From positions 109,127 through 173,126 of the forward strand of contig PDIP01000051.1 in NCBI GenBank assembly GCA_002811645.1: a DNA stretch of 64,000 nucleotides. The letters run 5' to 3'. Below are positions 11,001-21,628 of this stretch, piece by piece. Numbering within the stretch: position 1 is the stretch's first letter; the number at the start of each line of letters is the position of its first letter. Origin of the DNA: Corallochytrium limacisporum Hawaii. Its lineage: Eukaryota > Protista > Pluriformea. The notes beneath the pieces are model-generated. The model was not told the DNA's origin. It ran no database searches and saw only the letters and a program-made list of their open reading frames with translations. Both the position numbers and the translations under genes were made by a program.

Positions 11001-11907
11001 AAGCCGCAAGGTCAGTTCCACTGCCAGTGGTTGAAAGACCAATGGGTGCGTGTGAGTGGGTCTGGGTGGCGAGATTCCATGTGAACAAATCCCCACTACT
11101 GTACCCCGCATACACATCTGTTGCATTGGCATTCCAGTCCACGCACAAACACACAGTGTCATGCGGATGAATGAAAAAGTGCACTGCTTTGCGAATTTTC
11201 AGATCCCAGATCGTCAGCAGTCCCTTTTCAAAGCCAACCGCGAGCGCATTCGGCAGCTTTCTTTCGTTTACAGCCATGCAAGTCACTGGCCCAGGGTTCA
11301 TCTTGCTCAGACCCATGGACGGCACCATATCGTTCCAATTAATTTCGTAGCCACTCACTATTACCATCATAGCCTTCATGCTAGAACCACCTTCTGTTTC
11401 AACCTTGGCCACACGCACATTGCCCCTGTTTGTGCCAATCAGGATAAATTTGCCCCTATCTAGGGCCAAGATCGCAGTAATGCTGCCCCGACTGTCAACT
11501 CCTTGTGTCAGAGACTGTACTAATGTGCCCTGTTGAACTGGTGCATTGGGATTGGTGAGTGAGTCGGACGGTCGACAACTGACCAAGTGCAGTGTATTGT
11601 TTGTTTGTACGGCACAGAACAACCCGGTCCCTTCCACGGCCACCAAATATTTAACACCGAACAAACCATCGCCTGGCAGTTGCACCTGGCGCGGAGATGG
11701 CCCTGAAGGTGCCCCGTACATCGTCACCACACCATTTTTATCGCCCACGGCTAGGATTCCCTGCTCGCCGTCGATAGCAAAGCACTCTACTGTTCCCGAG
11801 GTGCCCTTGATAGCGACTTGTGTTGTTTGGAATTCCATGAGGGAGGCCTGGGCCTCGATCATTGTAGGGGCCGGAGCCTGCAGCCCCGAAGTAAACTTGC
11901 CTAGCAT
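8065..11907 (-). CDS. STXBP5: Tomosyn/Sro7/Lgl-family WD40 protein with C-terminal R-SNARE motif
   Basis: N-terminal WD40 repeats (AIDGEQGILAVG, LAVGFEKGLLTIWDL), family motif WPITGG, C-terminal ERGEKLSKLTDETDRM...KKWWQI. Confidence 0.85.
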   Translation of the reverse strand: MLGKFTSGLQAPAPTMIEAQASLMEFQTTQVAIKGTSGTVECFAIDGEQGILAVGDKNGVVTMYGAPSGPSPRQVQLPGDGLFGVKYLVAVEGTGLFCAVQTNNTLHLVSCRPSDSLTNPNAPVQQGTLVQSLTQGVDSRGSITAILALDRGKFILIGTNRGNVRVAKVETEGGSSMKAMMVIVSGYEINWNDMVPSMGLSKMNPGPVTCMAVNERKLPNALAVGFEKGLLTIWDLKIRKAVHFFIHPHDTVCLCVDWNANATDVYAGYSSGDLFTWNLATQTHSHAPIGLSTTGSGTDLAAWLDARKVSFIASRYTSTSKMIAVVGGEHPDTPEGQYKLTVILNNGREKAVYLPKAPKSIWVAQVQEKLSLWVLSEHLRVFLADETRWQQCPWPYSLGAVPSVAIAYAKSVDVVSNQTLRLLRAGGRSVLPYNGFVGGDQWPITGGSSYGFTENSPPIPKGHLLLVGDAAGRVSLNFSSGGRLLCLLHVNQRMLADFVIESSLPNHGLKTRIAEGAESGGVAIADYIAHEGIIILVNRGGCATIMKIQPEDAKPSPQTGTRCFFVLARSDPNRINEYAFPPESPVTDSIKEKFDEAGQKMEEFGGKIADALSLRETADSTAGGEGSSKRGKSPGRKMKVKGIKKIFGGRSKSEEPEKRNSKEGQLTRDTVSDYQSDPATPSGTPADTPADTPADTPADTPADTPADTPAEAPAEAPVEASAEIPANDSEEYSSKEPVESEVETDHDPEKLQQLIGYGFAQPDVVRTLNKFDGDVNEAAGYLFENMTPRGQTSVKVTKGVTPEASEPATRPSEVDNSPKQSETILGMGKEVGKLRLRGFIMPTHFRTDELHGETHVGSVGHTTRMICYSSRNMLTIVHCPTGTLLHGGTLRDLIRAAVLENVQFSEPISDRITMIKFVQHPDNAAVPDGIPSDLLLIGTAEGHLVGFKIGADARLVTDIYTHFRCNDRMDQSVLDAYISLPNGQMCTQTGITPVPVMDTEEGTTPITVQDAGVEYYLTVCHADGLRTYHTHKGVQVAGVSFTSDDRRRFVSQTMKNCGIIWTVSAINKGQCDGYAIPGLKKLATVNVPDYEKDRLVGMLQDGTLWTITKNRMARYFATYSVDKTHIQRQHGSLYTNLRAVEDELRQQQPGKSAMGALANIGNTIMKKTGAAPSLDYSTVFKGGNAAAVPERLQQSREQRAKAKEQQEAARLAQIQAQAGGKSAADPNNPYGHMLNAAQERGEKLSKLTDETDRMADNAQSLEATVRAYNEKQAAKKWWQI
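9748..9858 (-). repeat. Coding 12-bp tandem repeat (about 9 units; PADT/PAEA)
   Basis: Plus-strand units agtatcagcagg / agtgtcagcagg / agcttcagcagg. Confidence 0.95.
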
Positions 11908-13443
11908 GGCTAAGTCACCAAGCTGAAAGCAAGATGCAGCTGCTCTGTCCGCTACCTGTTCCGTATGTAGGGATTTATTTGTCCTAGATCTCAGATCGTA
12001 TGGGCAAGTACGGGCCGCAATTCCAAAAACCCCATACTCATCTCAAAATTAGCCTAAGGCCAAGTCGACCTTCTTTGCTAGAACCATACTCATCCTTCTA
12101 GTACCACTATGGCGTGGCAACCCGACAAACCCCTAAGGTCCCCCTAAAAGAATGAGTCCCCTGAATTTGGCAACCCTCCCTACGCCCTGCATGCATACTG
12201 GGACACTGCCGAACCGAAAACATATCATCGCGGGTGGGTAGCAACTACGTCCTCTGTCCAGCGGGTTTCCCGGAAGGGAACTATTGGCAGCAAGACCTGG
12301 CGCTGTTTCAAAAGCAATCTCATAGTGTTTCACAGGCCTCTGAATCCCGAATGTGATTTTCCCTCTCAATTCCCTAGAGATCCTGGTTTGGGTACGCTAC
12401 TAATGGGAAAACATGAGCAAACTTCAATGGAATCTTATCTGCACCGTGAGGGGTCGGGGAAACCCGCCAACGGATCAAAACGGTACGCCTAAACAAATTT
12501 CAGTCGCGCACAAAGTATATGATATCCCTTCTAGCATTCTAGATATATGAAATTATACTTACCATATACAGGCTTGAAAAGCATGGCATTGTGTAATGCA
12601 TGTCCTGTATGTAACATATAGTGTGTGTCAAAGGTGTTGAGTAAATACAGAGCAGTACTATGAAATCGCATTGAATCGAGGTTGGGTAAGCATGCTATTC
12701 AATTCAATTGTTTTATTACTACATAATTGAATTTTAATCTCTTGAAAACTGGATGGGCACTAGGGATTGACATAATCGCTGTAGTATGATTTGATCCAGT
12801 ATTTCGCGATTTGTAAAGTAAACACCTGAACACAATACAGTGATGCATACACGGTTGAAAATGATGGGCTATCGGTGTATGGTGTCTTTCATGTGATTTA
12901 GTGACCCGAGAAAATCACTCTGACAGTATCAAGCAAATTTTGGTTTCTGCGTTATGTTCGTCGGTCGTCCTTACGTTGGAAATTGGGAATATTCGAAGAG
13001 GTCTTTGTTGGATGACCGTTATAGTGTACGTATATGCGCAAGTGTATTGGATTTTACTGCTGCAGGGTAAAACAGTTACCTCCCTCCATTGGCCGCTCTT
13101 GATCCTGATCCCTTCATTTATGAAGTGGACTTCCTACTACCAAGACCGACTAGTGTGTGTACTTGAGTACTTTGAGTGGGTCGTACCCTCTCCAATGTTG
13201 CCGCTCGCACATACCAACGCGATTGGCAGGAGTTTGAAAAAAGACTCCCCTTCCAAGTAGTGAAGCACCGAGAGGAGAAAATAGAAAAGAAAAAGCCACT
13301 TCTCTGTGACTTTAGCGGTGGTTTAGAGTGTTGGAGGTACTTTCGAGATGGAACTTCTGTAAACTTGTCCAGTTGCGTACTACACAAAGATCTGTCCGTG
13401 TGTGACGTCAAGATCATTTCCGTTCGACAGATCTTGATACAGT

Positions 13444-15159
13444 ATGGGCAACTCAAAAAGCAGCCAGAAGAAGGCTGCTAAGAAGCAGATGGCAGGATTC
13501 GTACCTGAGGCTAAGACAACAGTTCTTGTGCTCCGTGACAAACACAACCAGATACCGAAATCCACTATTCTGCAGCACTTTCGATGCTGTAATAATACAC
13601 ATATAGGTATGGCTCTCTGGAATATGGTTGAGAAGGAGGTGAACGAGAATGTAGGAACAGCTAATGCTATGGTTGTGGCGCACGTACTCAGTCGTTTTCT
13701 GGAGGAGATGTCGGACGACCTTAAGTTGTTGCAGATGGTTTATGGGACACTCTTCATGGAGGATACCCAGGATGAAGGCAATATCAGTGTGGAACACGTT
13801 CGCAATAAACTAGATCCGGTGCTAAATGAGGCGTTCACATACGCCTTTGTGCAAGGTCAGATCAAAGCGCTGTCCGCAGGTACAGACGACGGCAATGATA
13901 GTGCGGCCGCACTGACGTCGCAGCAGCAACAGTCGGCAATCGGGGCTGGATCTGCTTTACTTGCGGCCCACAATGAATTAGACGCTATTCAAGCCACATA
14001 CGCCTCCGGTGCTGAGGCAGAGGCCACAGTTTTGGCTGAAAAGGACACACACGGTGTTTTCGTGGCCCTGAAAGAGACACTGGTTGATTCAATCGCGAAA
14101 CACGGCTCTGCCAAGCAAGGATTGTTTCTCGCGGCTCTGCGAACCCATTGTCCGCGGTTATTGGACCCTTTGCGAGAATGGGTACAGTTCTGCGTGACTG
14201 TTAAAGTGAGGGCGACTGCGCATTTGATCCACCGCAGCAAGCGTAAAGCCGTGGGCGAGGCACCTCTGGGAGAGATTCCGGTTGTCTCAGAGGCGGAGGC
14301 GGCCAGGGCCAGGGCCCATGCAACGCAGGAAACGAACATGGCTGTAGTGCGACAGCATTTGTTCCTTCCAGTCCTCCTGGAGGAAGAGGACGCGGGACGG
14401 CTTGACCATGATGCGGGATTTCTTATGGACAAACACATTGCCTTCATGTTAGCTACCATTCTACCTTCGGAGTATTTGGTACGCAACCTGCGCCAAATTA
14501 GATACAACGAAGCACATGTGCCCGAAGTTAGGGCCTGGGTCCCACTCTACAATTCACGGTCCCAAGGACTGAGCATGAACCAGATTCGCAAGTATGTTTT
14601 TGGGTACAACGCACCAATGATTTGGCTGGTAGAATTCTCGGTGCCGGCCCTAGAAGCTGCCCAGGAACCGAAGCGGTACATTGGCGGCGTTTGTGTGCCA
14701 GAACAATTGCTAGAGTCAAAGGAGACCAACCAACTTAAGAACACAGAGCTGACAGGTCTCTTCATTCTCTGTCCAAAGACCGACGTGACCATGATGACGG
14801 AGAAGCAACAGGCGCAGTTCTACTTCTGCAGCAGAAGCCATCGGTCCAAACACGGTGTCGGCCTGGGGGATCAGCCCAACTTGGAGCAAATGCGCTTCTG
14901 GCTGGACGGTGATCTGCGTCATGGTCATATAACAACACATACCGGCACGTTCATGATGGATTCCGTGTACTCTGTCGAAATCTGGGGTTGCGGTGATGAG
15001 GACACTCTGGCCTACCAGAAACGCATGCAGCGAAGGGACAAGGCATTGATCCAGAAACTCAAGGCAGGTCCGAGACCAGCCTGGCAGGATGATCCAGATA
15101 AGTTCCTCTTAGAATTAGCAGGGATTCGCACAGACCACAGTGAACGCGTTGATGTGTAG
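13444..15159 (+). CDS. N-myristoylated TLDc-domain protein (MEAK7/Rtc5-like)
   Basis: MGNSKSS myristoylation-type start; WVPLYNSRSQGLSMN, GVGLG, VEIWGCG, DKFLLELAG. Confidence 0.8.
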   Translation: MGNSKSSQKKAAKKQMAGFVPEAKTTVLVLRDKHNQIPKSTILQHFRCCNNTHIGMALWNMVEKEVNENVGTANAMVVAHVLSRFLEEMSDDLKLLQMVYGTLFMEDTQDEGNISVEHVRNKLDPVLNEAFTYAFVQGQIKALSAGTDDGNDSAAALTSQQQQSAIGAGSALLAAHNELDAIQATYASGAEAEATVLAEKDTHGVFVALKETLVDSIAKHGSAKQGLFLAALRTHCPRLLDPLREWVQFCVTVKVRATAHLIHRSKRKAVGEAPLGEIPVVSEAEAARARAHATQETNMAVVRQHLFLPVLLEEEDAGRLDHDAGFLMDKHIAFMLATILPSEYLVRNLRQIRYNEAHVPEVRAWVPLYNSRSQGLSMNQIRKYVFGYNAPMIWLVEFSVPALEAAQEPKRYIGGVCVPEQLLESKETNQLKNTELTGLFILCPKTDVTMMTEKQQAQFYFCSRSHRSKHGVGLGDQPNLEQMRFWLDGDLRHGHITTHTGTFMMDSVYSVEIWGCGDEDTLAYQKRMQRRDKALIQKLKAGPRPAWQDDPDKFLLELAGIRTDHSERVDV

Positions 15160-16679
15160 CTTGAAAGTTCAACCGAAAGTGCCCCATCGCTGGTGACCCC
15201 AGCACAGACTGCTCCCCACCTCCGCTGGGATTGGCGGCATTGGTAGTTGATAAAGAGCATACGAATACACTGGTCAAGGACTCTTAGACAGATTAGCAAA
15301 CTTCATATATTCAGTATGTATTTCCACATTGAATTTATCGCTATTGGTGGGCCCGACCGCAACTAATTGACATGTGGGTGCATACAGGGAAAAACGCTTG
15401 TGACAGCGGGTAGACTGGGGAAAATGATTCCAACCAATCACTTGGCGGGAAATCTGCGAAGACCAGGAATGAGGAACAACCTCTAGAGAAGAGTGTGACA
15501 GGCTGGCTACCAGTTTGCAGAGATTTGTTCCACTATTGTCATCATCACCGGAAGTGTAAAAGCAACAGATGGACCATTTGATGCTCTACGATTACTGAGT
15601 TCTTCATAGACATCTATCCCATAAGCGTTTCAAGTGATGATAAAACTGAATACAGGACAGTGTTGCATCGGCATACCCTGCGAGTCTATGGTTTGAATGT
15701 TTCAAGAGGGTATTAGACAGTGATGACATGTCTACATGTAGAAGCGTGTTACCGGGGTTCTCCCTGCTTGGATCTGATGATGCTCAGTGACCATCAGAGC
15801 CAAACACATACCCATCTAGCCCTGTGTTGTCTCCGGCGGGCCGTGGTGTAACAAGTGTAGAAGCGGCCTGCGTGTGAGGGGGTTGCCAAATTCAGCCAAT
15901 CAGCACCCGATATTCCCCAATCGGAAAAGGCGGGGTGGAGGGGGGCTTACTGTTGGCTGGTGAACACTCGCTGTGAAACGAGACAGTTGAGCCGAGAGAG
16001 GTTGAAGGAAGGGAACGGACGGCCCTTGCCCCAGGGAAACGGAAGAAAAATTTAGTATCTTCTTATTTGGCATGGGTACGCAGACTCTGAAGTTCTGGCT
16101 GCTCCGGGGCTTCTCATAGTGAATACTTCGAGGTTTTGTTCGCACTGTTCCAAGGGAGCGCGTCCGGACTATCTTGTCGACAAGGGCAACAGCGGGGAAG
16201 AGTGTGTGCCGCTCCCCCGGTTCGGTGAAGACTCGAACTGGTGGGGTTCGCAACAACCACACCCCTCTTCTTGACTCTGGGATTTGGTTGTATACCTTTT
16301 GCCTTACTGAATATATGACCGTTATGGTGACCACGGTTGATGGGCCGAATGATGTGTTCGACCGGGATCCCCGGCGGCGAACGAAACACGCTCCTCTTCG
16401 ACCACTGCGTTGTGCGCACTCAAAGGCATTGCACGCAGGTGTGTATAGTAAGAGTATAACATTTTGCACTAAAGCGTTGAACAGAGGGGGAGGACAGGGA
16501 GTGAAAGGGAAAGGGCACCCTGGATTTCAAACTGAGTACCAAAGTCCTTCGGCAGGCATGGATGAATGTGCAAAAAATTACGGTTTATCAGCTCCTTTTT
16601 CCCATTGCTGTTTACTCGGTGCTGCCCTTGTTTCTCGCACCTTTCTATTGTCAATTGTGGTGTCCCTGCAACCGTGCCA

Positions 16680-16743
16680 GTGAGTGCGGGGCGGACAGTG
16701 CCTGAATTCTTCCATATTCTGGTGTCCTTTGCCAACTAATCAG
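16680..16743 (+). other. Candidate 5'-UTR intron (64 nt) with branch point abutting the acceptor
   Basis: GTGAGT donor at 16680; ACTAATCAG at 16735-16743; further possible acceptors at 16934 and 16955. Confidence 0.5.
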
Positions 16744-16984
16744 CTATATGAAAGATCGCAACAGCCGCAACGTGGAGAAATTCGTTAAATTTCCATTCTG
16801 TGATTATGTGTGTGTGTGCCTTTCCGTTGCGAAAGTGCCTTTCCGTTTGTATATTCACCGTGAACGTGCGAGTGTGAGAGTATTGTCCAGAGAAAAAGCG
16901 GTAGCGGGACTGCCCTTTTGACAACTACACACAGACTTTAAATACTTTACTATAGGCGGGTTTTAAAGAAGCAAACTATCAATC

Positions 16985-18757
16985 ATGTCTCTCGAAGGTC
17001 TGAACAAGATGAGCCCTCAATCCAAGGCCGTCCTTCTGGAGGCTGAGGTTGAGGCCTACGCCGAGCACTTCAATGTCTGTCTGACTGACGAAGATCTGTG
17101 CGGCAACGCTCTGCCCATTGAGCCTGCCCAGAACATTTTCGAGGCTGTCAAGGACGGTTGCCTCTTGGCCGGTTTCATTCATGAAATCCGCCCTCAGGCC
17201 CTCGAGCCCAAAAAGATCAAGAAGGGTCCTTTCAAGAATGACCAGGTCAAGCTCTTCGAGACCACTGAGAACCACAACTACACACTGCAATGCGCAAAGC
17301 AGCTGGGCATTGTTGTCGTGAATGTCGGCGCAGAGGACATGAGAAGTGGCAGCATGGATAACCCCGATCTGGTCCTGGGAGTGATCTGGCAGCTGATCAG
17401 GTTCCACCTGCTTAGTGACGTCAATTTGATCAATACTCCGGAACTCATTCGTCTGATGGAGAAGGGCGAGACTCTCAAAGATATGCTCGACCTGACTTCT
17501 GAGCAGCTGCTGATTCGCTGGATGAACTATCACCTGCGCCGCAGTGGCAGTGAACTGCGTGCTTCTAACTTCACCTCGGATCTTACTGACTCTACCGTCT
17601 TTGCCCAGGTCATGTGTCAGATCTGCCCCGGCATGGTGGACGAGGAGAAGCTGCTGAGCTTTGAGGCTCGGGGTCTGAGCAAAGAGGAACGCGCGCAGAT
17701 TATCCTCGAGCAGGCGGAGGCCATTGGTTGCAAGAAGTTTGCCAGTGTAAAGGCTATTGTCAACGGCAGTGGTCGTCTCAACCTGGGTTTCACGGCTACT
17801 CTCTTCAACAACCACATGGGCATCAGTCTGCCCACAGAGGAAGAGATTGCGGAGATGAAGCGTCGCATTGCTGAGTTGGAAGCTGAGGTTGACGCCTTGA
17901 AGGCCAAGCTGCGGGAGATGGAGAATGAAAACAAGGATCTGCAGGCCAAGTACAGCAAGGCCTCTTCCGAATTGGAGTCTCTGCGCGCATCTGAGGCGAG
18001 CCTGAAGGAGCAGCTGGCCTCTGCCCAAGAATTGAACAAGCGTTTGTCTTCTGAACTGGACAGCACCAAGACCGCCCTGGAGGACACGAACGTCCGTCTC
18101 ACAAGCCAAGAGAAGCAGAACGCCGATCTTGTCGCGGCCTACAAGGAGCTTGAGGGCTGGCATGAGGAACTCAAGTTGGCCAGCTCCAAGAACATGGACG
18201 AGCTCCAGAAGACTACCATGCAGAAGCTCGAAGACTCCATGAAGCAGCACAAGGAGGCCATGGAGCAGAAGGAAGCCGAGAAAGAGGCAGCCTTGGAGGC
18301 CGCACGCAAGAATGCCGCTGAAGAGGCCGCTGCTGCCAAGGAAAGGTACGAGGCTCTCGAGGCTCGCTTGGCCGATGAGGAAGCCCGCCACGCCGACACA
18401 CAAAAGGCTCTGGACGACGAGCGTGCCCGCTTCGAGCAGCTCCTGCGTGACACGCTCAAGACGGTCCGTACCAATATCTGGGAATCTGAGGACAAATGTC
18501 AGACCGCCGAGAAGGAGTCTGAGGACGATGAGGTGCACCACGCAGACCGCATTCTGAAGCTGACCGAGGCCTATGTCTCTTCTGCGGAGAGCAAGATGGA
18601 CACCCAGGCCACTACTCTGAAGCAGATGAAGCGCATGAACGAACTGATCGCGGACAAGGTCAAGACCTACTCTGAGCAGCTCATTGACATCCGCAAGAAG
18701 ACCGATCCCAAGAAGCGTTCCATTGCTAACCTGGTCAAGCTGAGGGGCAGCAAGTAA
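16985..18757 (+). CDS. Fimbrin/plastin-type actin-binding domain (CH1-CH2) fused to a long coiled coil
   Basis: FEAVKDG, ENHNYTLQCAKQLGIVVVNVGAED, LVLGVIWQLI, EQLLIRWMNYHL, NFTSDLTDS, RLNLGFTATLFN; then about 300 aa of E/K/A/L heptads. Confidence 0.85.
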   Translation: MSLEGLNKMSPQSKAVLLEAEVEAYAEHFNVCLTDEDLCGNALPIEPAQNIFEAVKDGCLLAGFIHEIRPQALEPKKIKKGPFKNDQVKLFETTENHNYTLQCAKQLGIVVVNVGAEDMRSGSMDNPDLVLGVIWQLIRFHLLSDVNLINTPELIRLMEKGETLKDMLDLTSEQLLIRWMNYHLRRSGSELRASNFTSDLTDSTVFAQVMCQICPGMVDEEKLLSFEARGLSKEERAQIILEQAEAIGCKKFASVKAIVNGSGRLNLGFTATLFNNHMGISLPTEEEIAEMKRRIAELEAEVDALKAKLREMENENKDLQAKYSKASSELESLRASEASLKEQLASAQELNKRLSSELDSTKTALEDTNVRLTSQEKQNADLVAAYKELEGWHEELKLASSKNMDELQKTTMQKLEDSMKQHKEAMEQKEAEKEAALEAARKNAAEEAAAAKERYEALEARLADEEARHADTQKALDDERARFEQLLRDTLKTVRTNIWESEDKCQTAEKESEDDEVHHADRILKLTEAYVSSAESKMDTQATTLKQMKRMNELIADKVKTYSEQLIDIRKKTDPKKRSIANLVKLRGSK

Positions 18758-19087
18758 AGAAACAAACAAGAGGCAAGCCCAATCCACTGAGCAGGGGGCA
18801 CAATGATCAAAAACTCAAAAAGAACTCTAAACCCGCTTCTCCTGCTTCTCAGGGCTCTCAAAACCTCGTAACCAATAAAACCAATACTTCCGTCTCTCAC
18901 AAGGAATTGTGAGCACTCCTCTCCTTTGAACCCAAGCCCAGGTCTCAAACCTATGCATGTGAACAAACAGCGCACTATCGGCTTTATTCTGAAGGAGCCT
19001 CCGAGGGGACTCTCTGCTGGCAGAGTGATTCTCTTGCTTGAGAAGGCGGAGAAGAAAGTGTTTTCTCTATGTCGCTTTTTGTTGTCA

Positions 19088-20005
19088 TTAAAGGAAGTAC
19101 GGTGTCGCATTGCGGTCCGGTACCTTCCGCTGGTCGTCCGGTACAGCGTCGAAAATTTTAAACTCCCGGCCCAGCTGCGCATCAATGGCAAGTATCGATG
19201 CGACATTGCCGCAACGATAGCAGTAGTTCGGTGCACTCCATACGGTGACCAAGTTCTCATCTGGGAACATATACTTGTAACCCTCCTGCACGAGCTGGTG
19301 CGCCCGACAGATCAAGCTAAGACGGTTGAAATGGGCAAATTCTGACGTTACCTTGGATCCAAACAACCACCCTGCGCCGCGCGGGCTGACACTCCATGTC
19401 TCAATGTCACCTGGGTCACTCCACATAAGATCACAGAAGGCACCTGTATGGGGTATCTCCCGGTCGCGCTCAATGGTACGGATCTGATCCAGGGTAGGCA
19501 CATCTGGAGACAGGCCTCCATGTACGCACAAGACTTCTCCATCAATGATGGCTGCAATAGTCAGATAGTCAAAGACTTGTGTGCAGTACTTCCAGGCATT
19601 GGCGTTACCGTACTTGGTTTGGCACTCATCATAGAATCCGTAGGCCTGGGTGATCTGTCGACTTTCGTGATTGCCCCGAAGAAGGATGATCCTGTCAGGC
19701 CATTTTGCCTTCAGCGCCAAAAGATAGGTCCAGGTCTCGAGGCTGAAATGACCTCGGTCAACATAGTCTCCCATGAATATATACTTTGTGTCTGGTACTT
19801 TTCCGCCAGTCTCGAATAAGGCTTTCAAATCATAGAATTGTCCGTGAATATCGCCACAGATCGTGACGGGAGCACTGACAGGTTGCACATTGCATTCTTC
19901 AATCAGAAGATCGATGACCCGGTCGCACAACTTCTTGAGTTCGTGCTCTGGGAGATACTTGCATTGTGCAATCAGGTCCAACCATTCGTCTGGATTGAAC
20001 GACAT
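19088..20005 (-). CDS. PPP6C: Ser/Thr protein phosphatase 6 catalytic subunit (PP6/Sit4, PP2A-like family)
   Basis: [30 protein letters not shown]; [11 protein letters not shown]; C-terminal TPYFL. Confidence 0.9.
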   Translation of the reverse strand: MSFNPDEWLDLIAQCKYLPEHELKKLCDRVIDLLIEECNVQPVSAPVTICGDIHGQFYDLKALFETGGKVPDTKYIFMGDYVDRGHFSLETWTYLLALKAKWPDRIILLRGNHESRQITQAYGFYDECQTKYGNANAWKYCTQVFDYLTIAAIIDGEVLCVHGGLSPDVPTLDQIRTIERDREIPHTGAFCDLMWSDPGDIETWSVSPRGAGWLFGSKVTSEFAHFNRLSLICRAHQLVQEGYKYMFPDENLVTVWSAPNYCYRCGNVASILAIDAQLGREFKIFDAVPDDQRKVPDRNATPYFL

Positions 20006-20051
20006 GACTGTTATCTGCTGTCGCTCTGTTCCAAGTTCGAAGTTCCAAATT

Positions 20052-20103
20052 CTAAGTCACTATTGGACGCTTCCCTTTATTGGCTGTTCACTTTCTAATT
20101 TAC
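20052..20103 (-). other. Candidate 5'-UTR intron (52 nt)
   Basis: GTAAAT donor; GTGACTTAG acceptor. Confidence 0.35.
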
Positions 20104-20855
20104 CAAACTTTTCTGTACACTATCACGTCAGATTTCTTTACTAGTCCAGACTCGAGAGGTGTGTTTTGTTCCTCTCAGAGAAGCCTGGTATACAGCTTCG
20201 ATGACTAGAAAATGTGCAGCTGTGATGTGACGATTTAAATTGACTGGCTTATAAATAGCAGCGCTTTTATCCTCGGTTAGAAAGAATAAGAAAAGAAAAC
20301 ACGCATCACCGAGGAATGTTGAGTCAGACTTCGAAGTCTCGTTCCTAAGGCAGTGTTGATCTGTGGCTCCCCCCCCCCCCGGGAGGAACCCCTTCTCTTT
20401 CTTCCCTCTCCTTTACCGGACGATACCGGCTGGCTTCGCCGCGTCCGTAGGCCAGGGAACCGGATAGCGACACAAAAAACAATGGTCCACCCTGACATAG
20501 CTCCGTCATTTGAGTATGGCGGGAAGGAGCGAGAGGTTCTGACACTGGGGGACCAGACCTTTCACTGCTGGCCTCTCGTCGGAGCGGACCGGTCGGTCAA
20601 ATGATCATGAATGAAAGGGGCGGAGGCCAAATGGTGCCAACGGTGTGATTTTGGTTTAAAGATTTCTAATGGCTGGGCTCTCTCGTGCCAATTTGGACGT
20701 GTTTTCTGTGCACTTGCTGACTTGCGTCAGAGGAGAGAGGGTAGAAGTTGGAAGGGTGCAAATCAAATGGGTACATGGATCTCGATCTGTGCCTACGGGA
20801 GAAACTTTGTAGAAAGGATTTTACCACAATATCGTGTACCATAACAAAACCTATA

Positions 20856-21296
20856 ATGTCGTCGGGAGGAGAAAAAGACTCTGTGAGGGGTATCCTCAAG
20901 CACGGAGGAGAAGAGCACCCTCACAAAACCTTCCGATTCGATGAGAAGAATATCGAAGAAACAGAGAAAGAGAAAGCAGAGTTTGCACACATCAAAATAG
21001 ATGAACCCAAGACTCCGTACGAGCCTGCCATCCGCCCTATCGAAGGAGAAAGCGAGGATATTCCCGCCCTTGGCGACCTTCACGGACAACTGCAGCACGC
21101 AGCGGTTCAACCGCGTGAAGAGCCCGAAGAATGGCATGAGGACGAACACCGGGACCCAAAAGAACTTGAGGAAGAGCACCACCGTGCTTTCGAACAACAG
21201 CGCAAATATCACTACGATGAGGCGCTGCACCTGAAGCAGGCGAGGGAACTGGCTGCTAAAGAATTGGCCGAGTTGGAGGACGAGGATGACGATTAA
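20856..21296 (+). CDS. PPP1R2: Protein phosphatase 1 inhibitor-2
   Basis: GILK, KTFRFDE, KIDEPKTPY and RKYHYDE motifs in order; start moved to ATG 20856 (the ORF-track start is a TTG). Confidence 0.9.
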   Translation: MSSGGEKDSVRGILKHGGEEHPHKTFRFDEKNIEETEKEKAEFAHIKIDEPKTPYEPAIRPIEGESEDIPALGDLHGQLQHAAVQPREEPEEWHEDEHRDPKELEEEHHRAFEQQRKYHYDEALHLKQARELAAKELAELEDEDDD

Positions 21297-21433
21297 TTCC
21301 AATCACAATAGGTGGTTGTAGCGTGAGCCTTGTGTAGGTTTGCGCTATGGTTTTTATTGTCAAGACCCAGCAGTTAAGCCTGGTACCACTCACTGACGCA
21401 GGCTTCTACTGAGGAACCAGTCCAGCCTTTGGT

Positions 21434-21596
21434 TTATTGCTGCTTGCATTCAGGCTTATCAACCTGATCACCGCCAGCACCAGGAGCGGCACCAATGTTG
21501 GGGATGTTTTGTTGGCCACCCTTTGATCCCCTCTTACCGCCTCGCCGGCGACTTGACTTGCGGTGCTCCTCCTCCTCTTCCTCATCGTCGTCTTCC

Positions 21597-21628
<32 letters not shown>

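Noticed and set aside
15720-15777. GTGATGA...CTGA box C/D snoRNA-like spacing (also about 58000-58061)
   Set aside because: No convincing terminal stem or rRNA guide next to a D box; such short motifs arise by chance. A snoscan/Rfam run would settle it
16979-18787. 602-aa antisense ORF over the fimbrin-like gene
   Set aside because: Shadow of a strongly codon-biased gene; almost exactly coextensive with it and has no motifs
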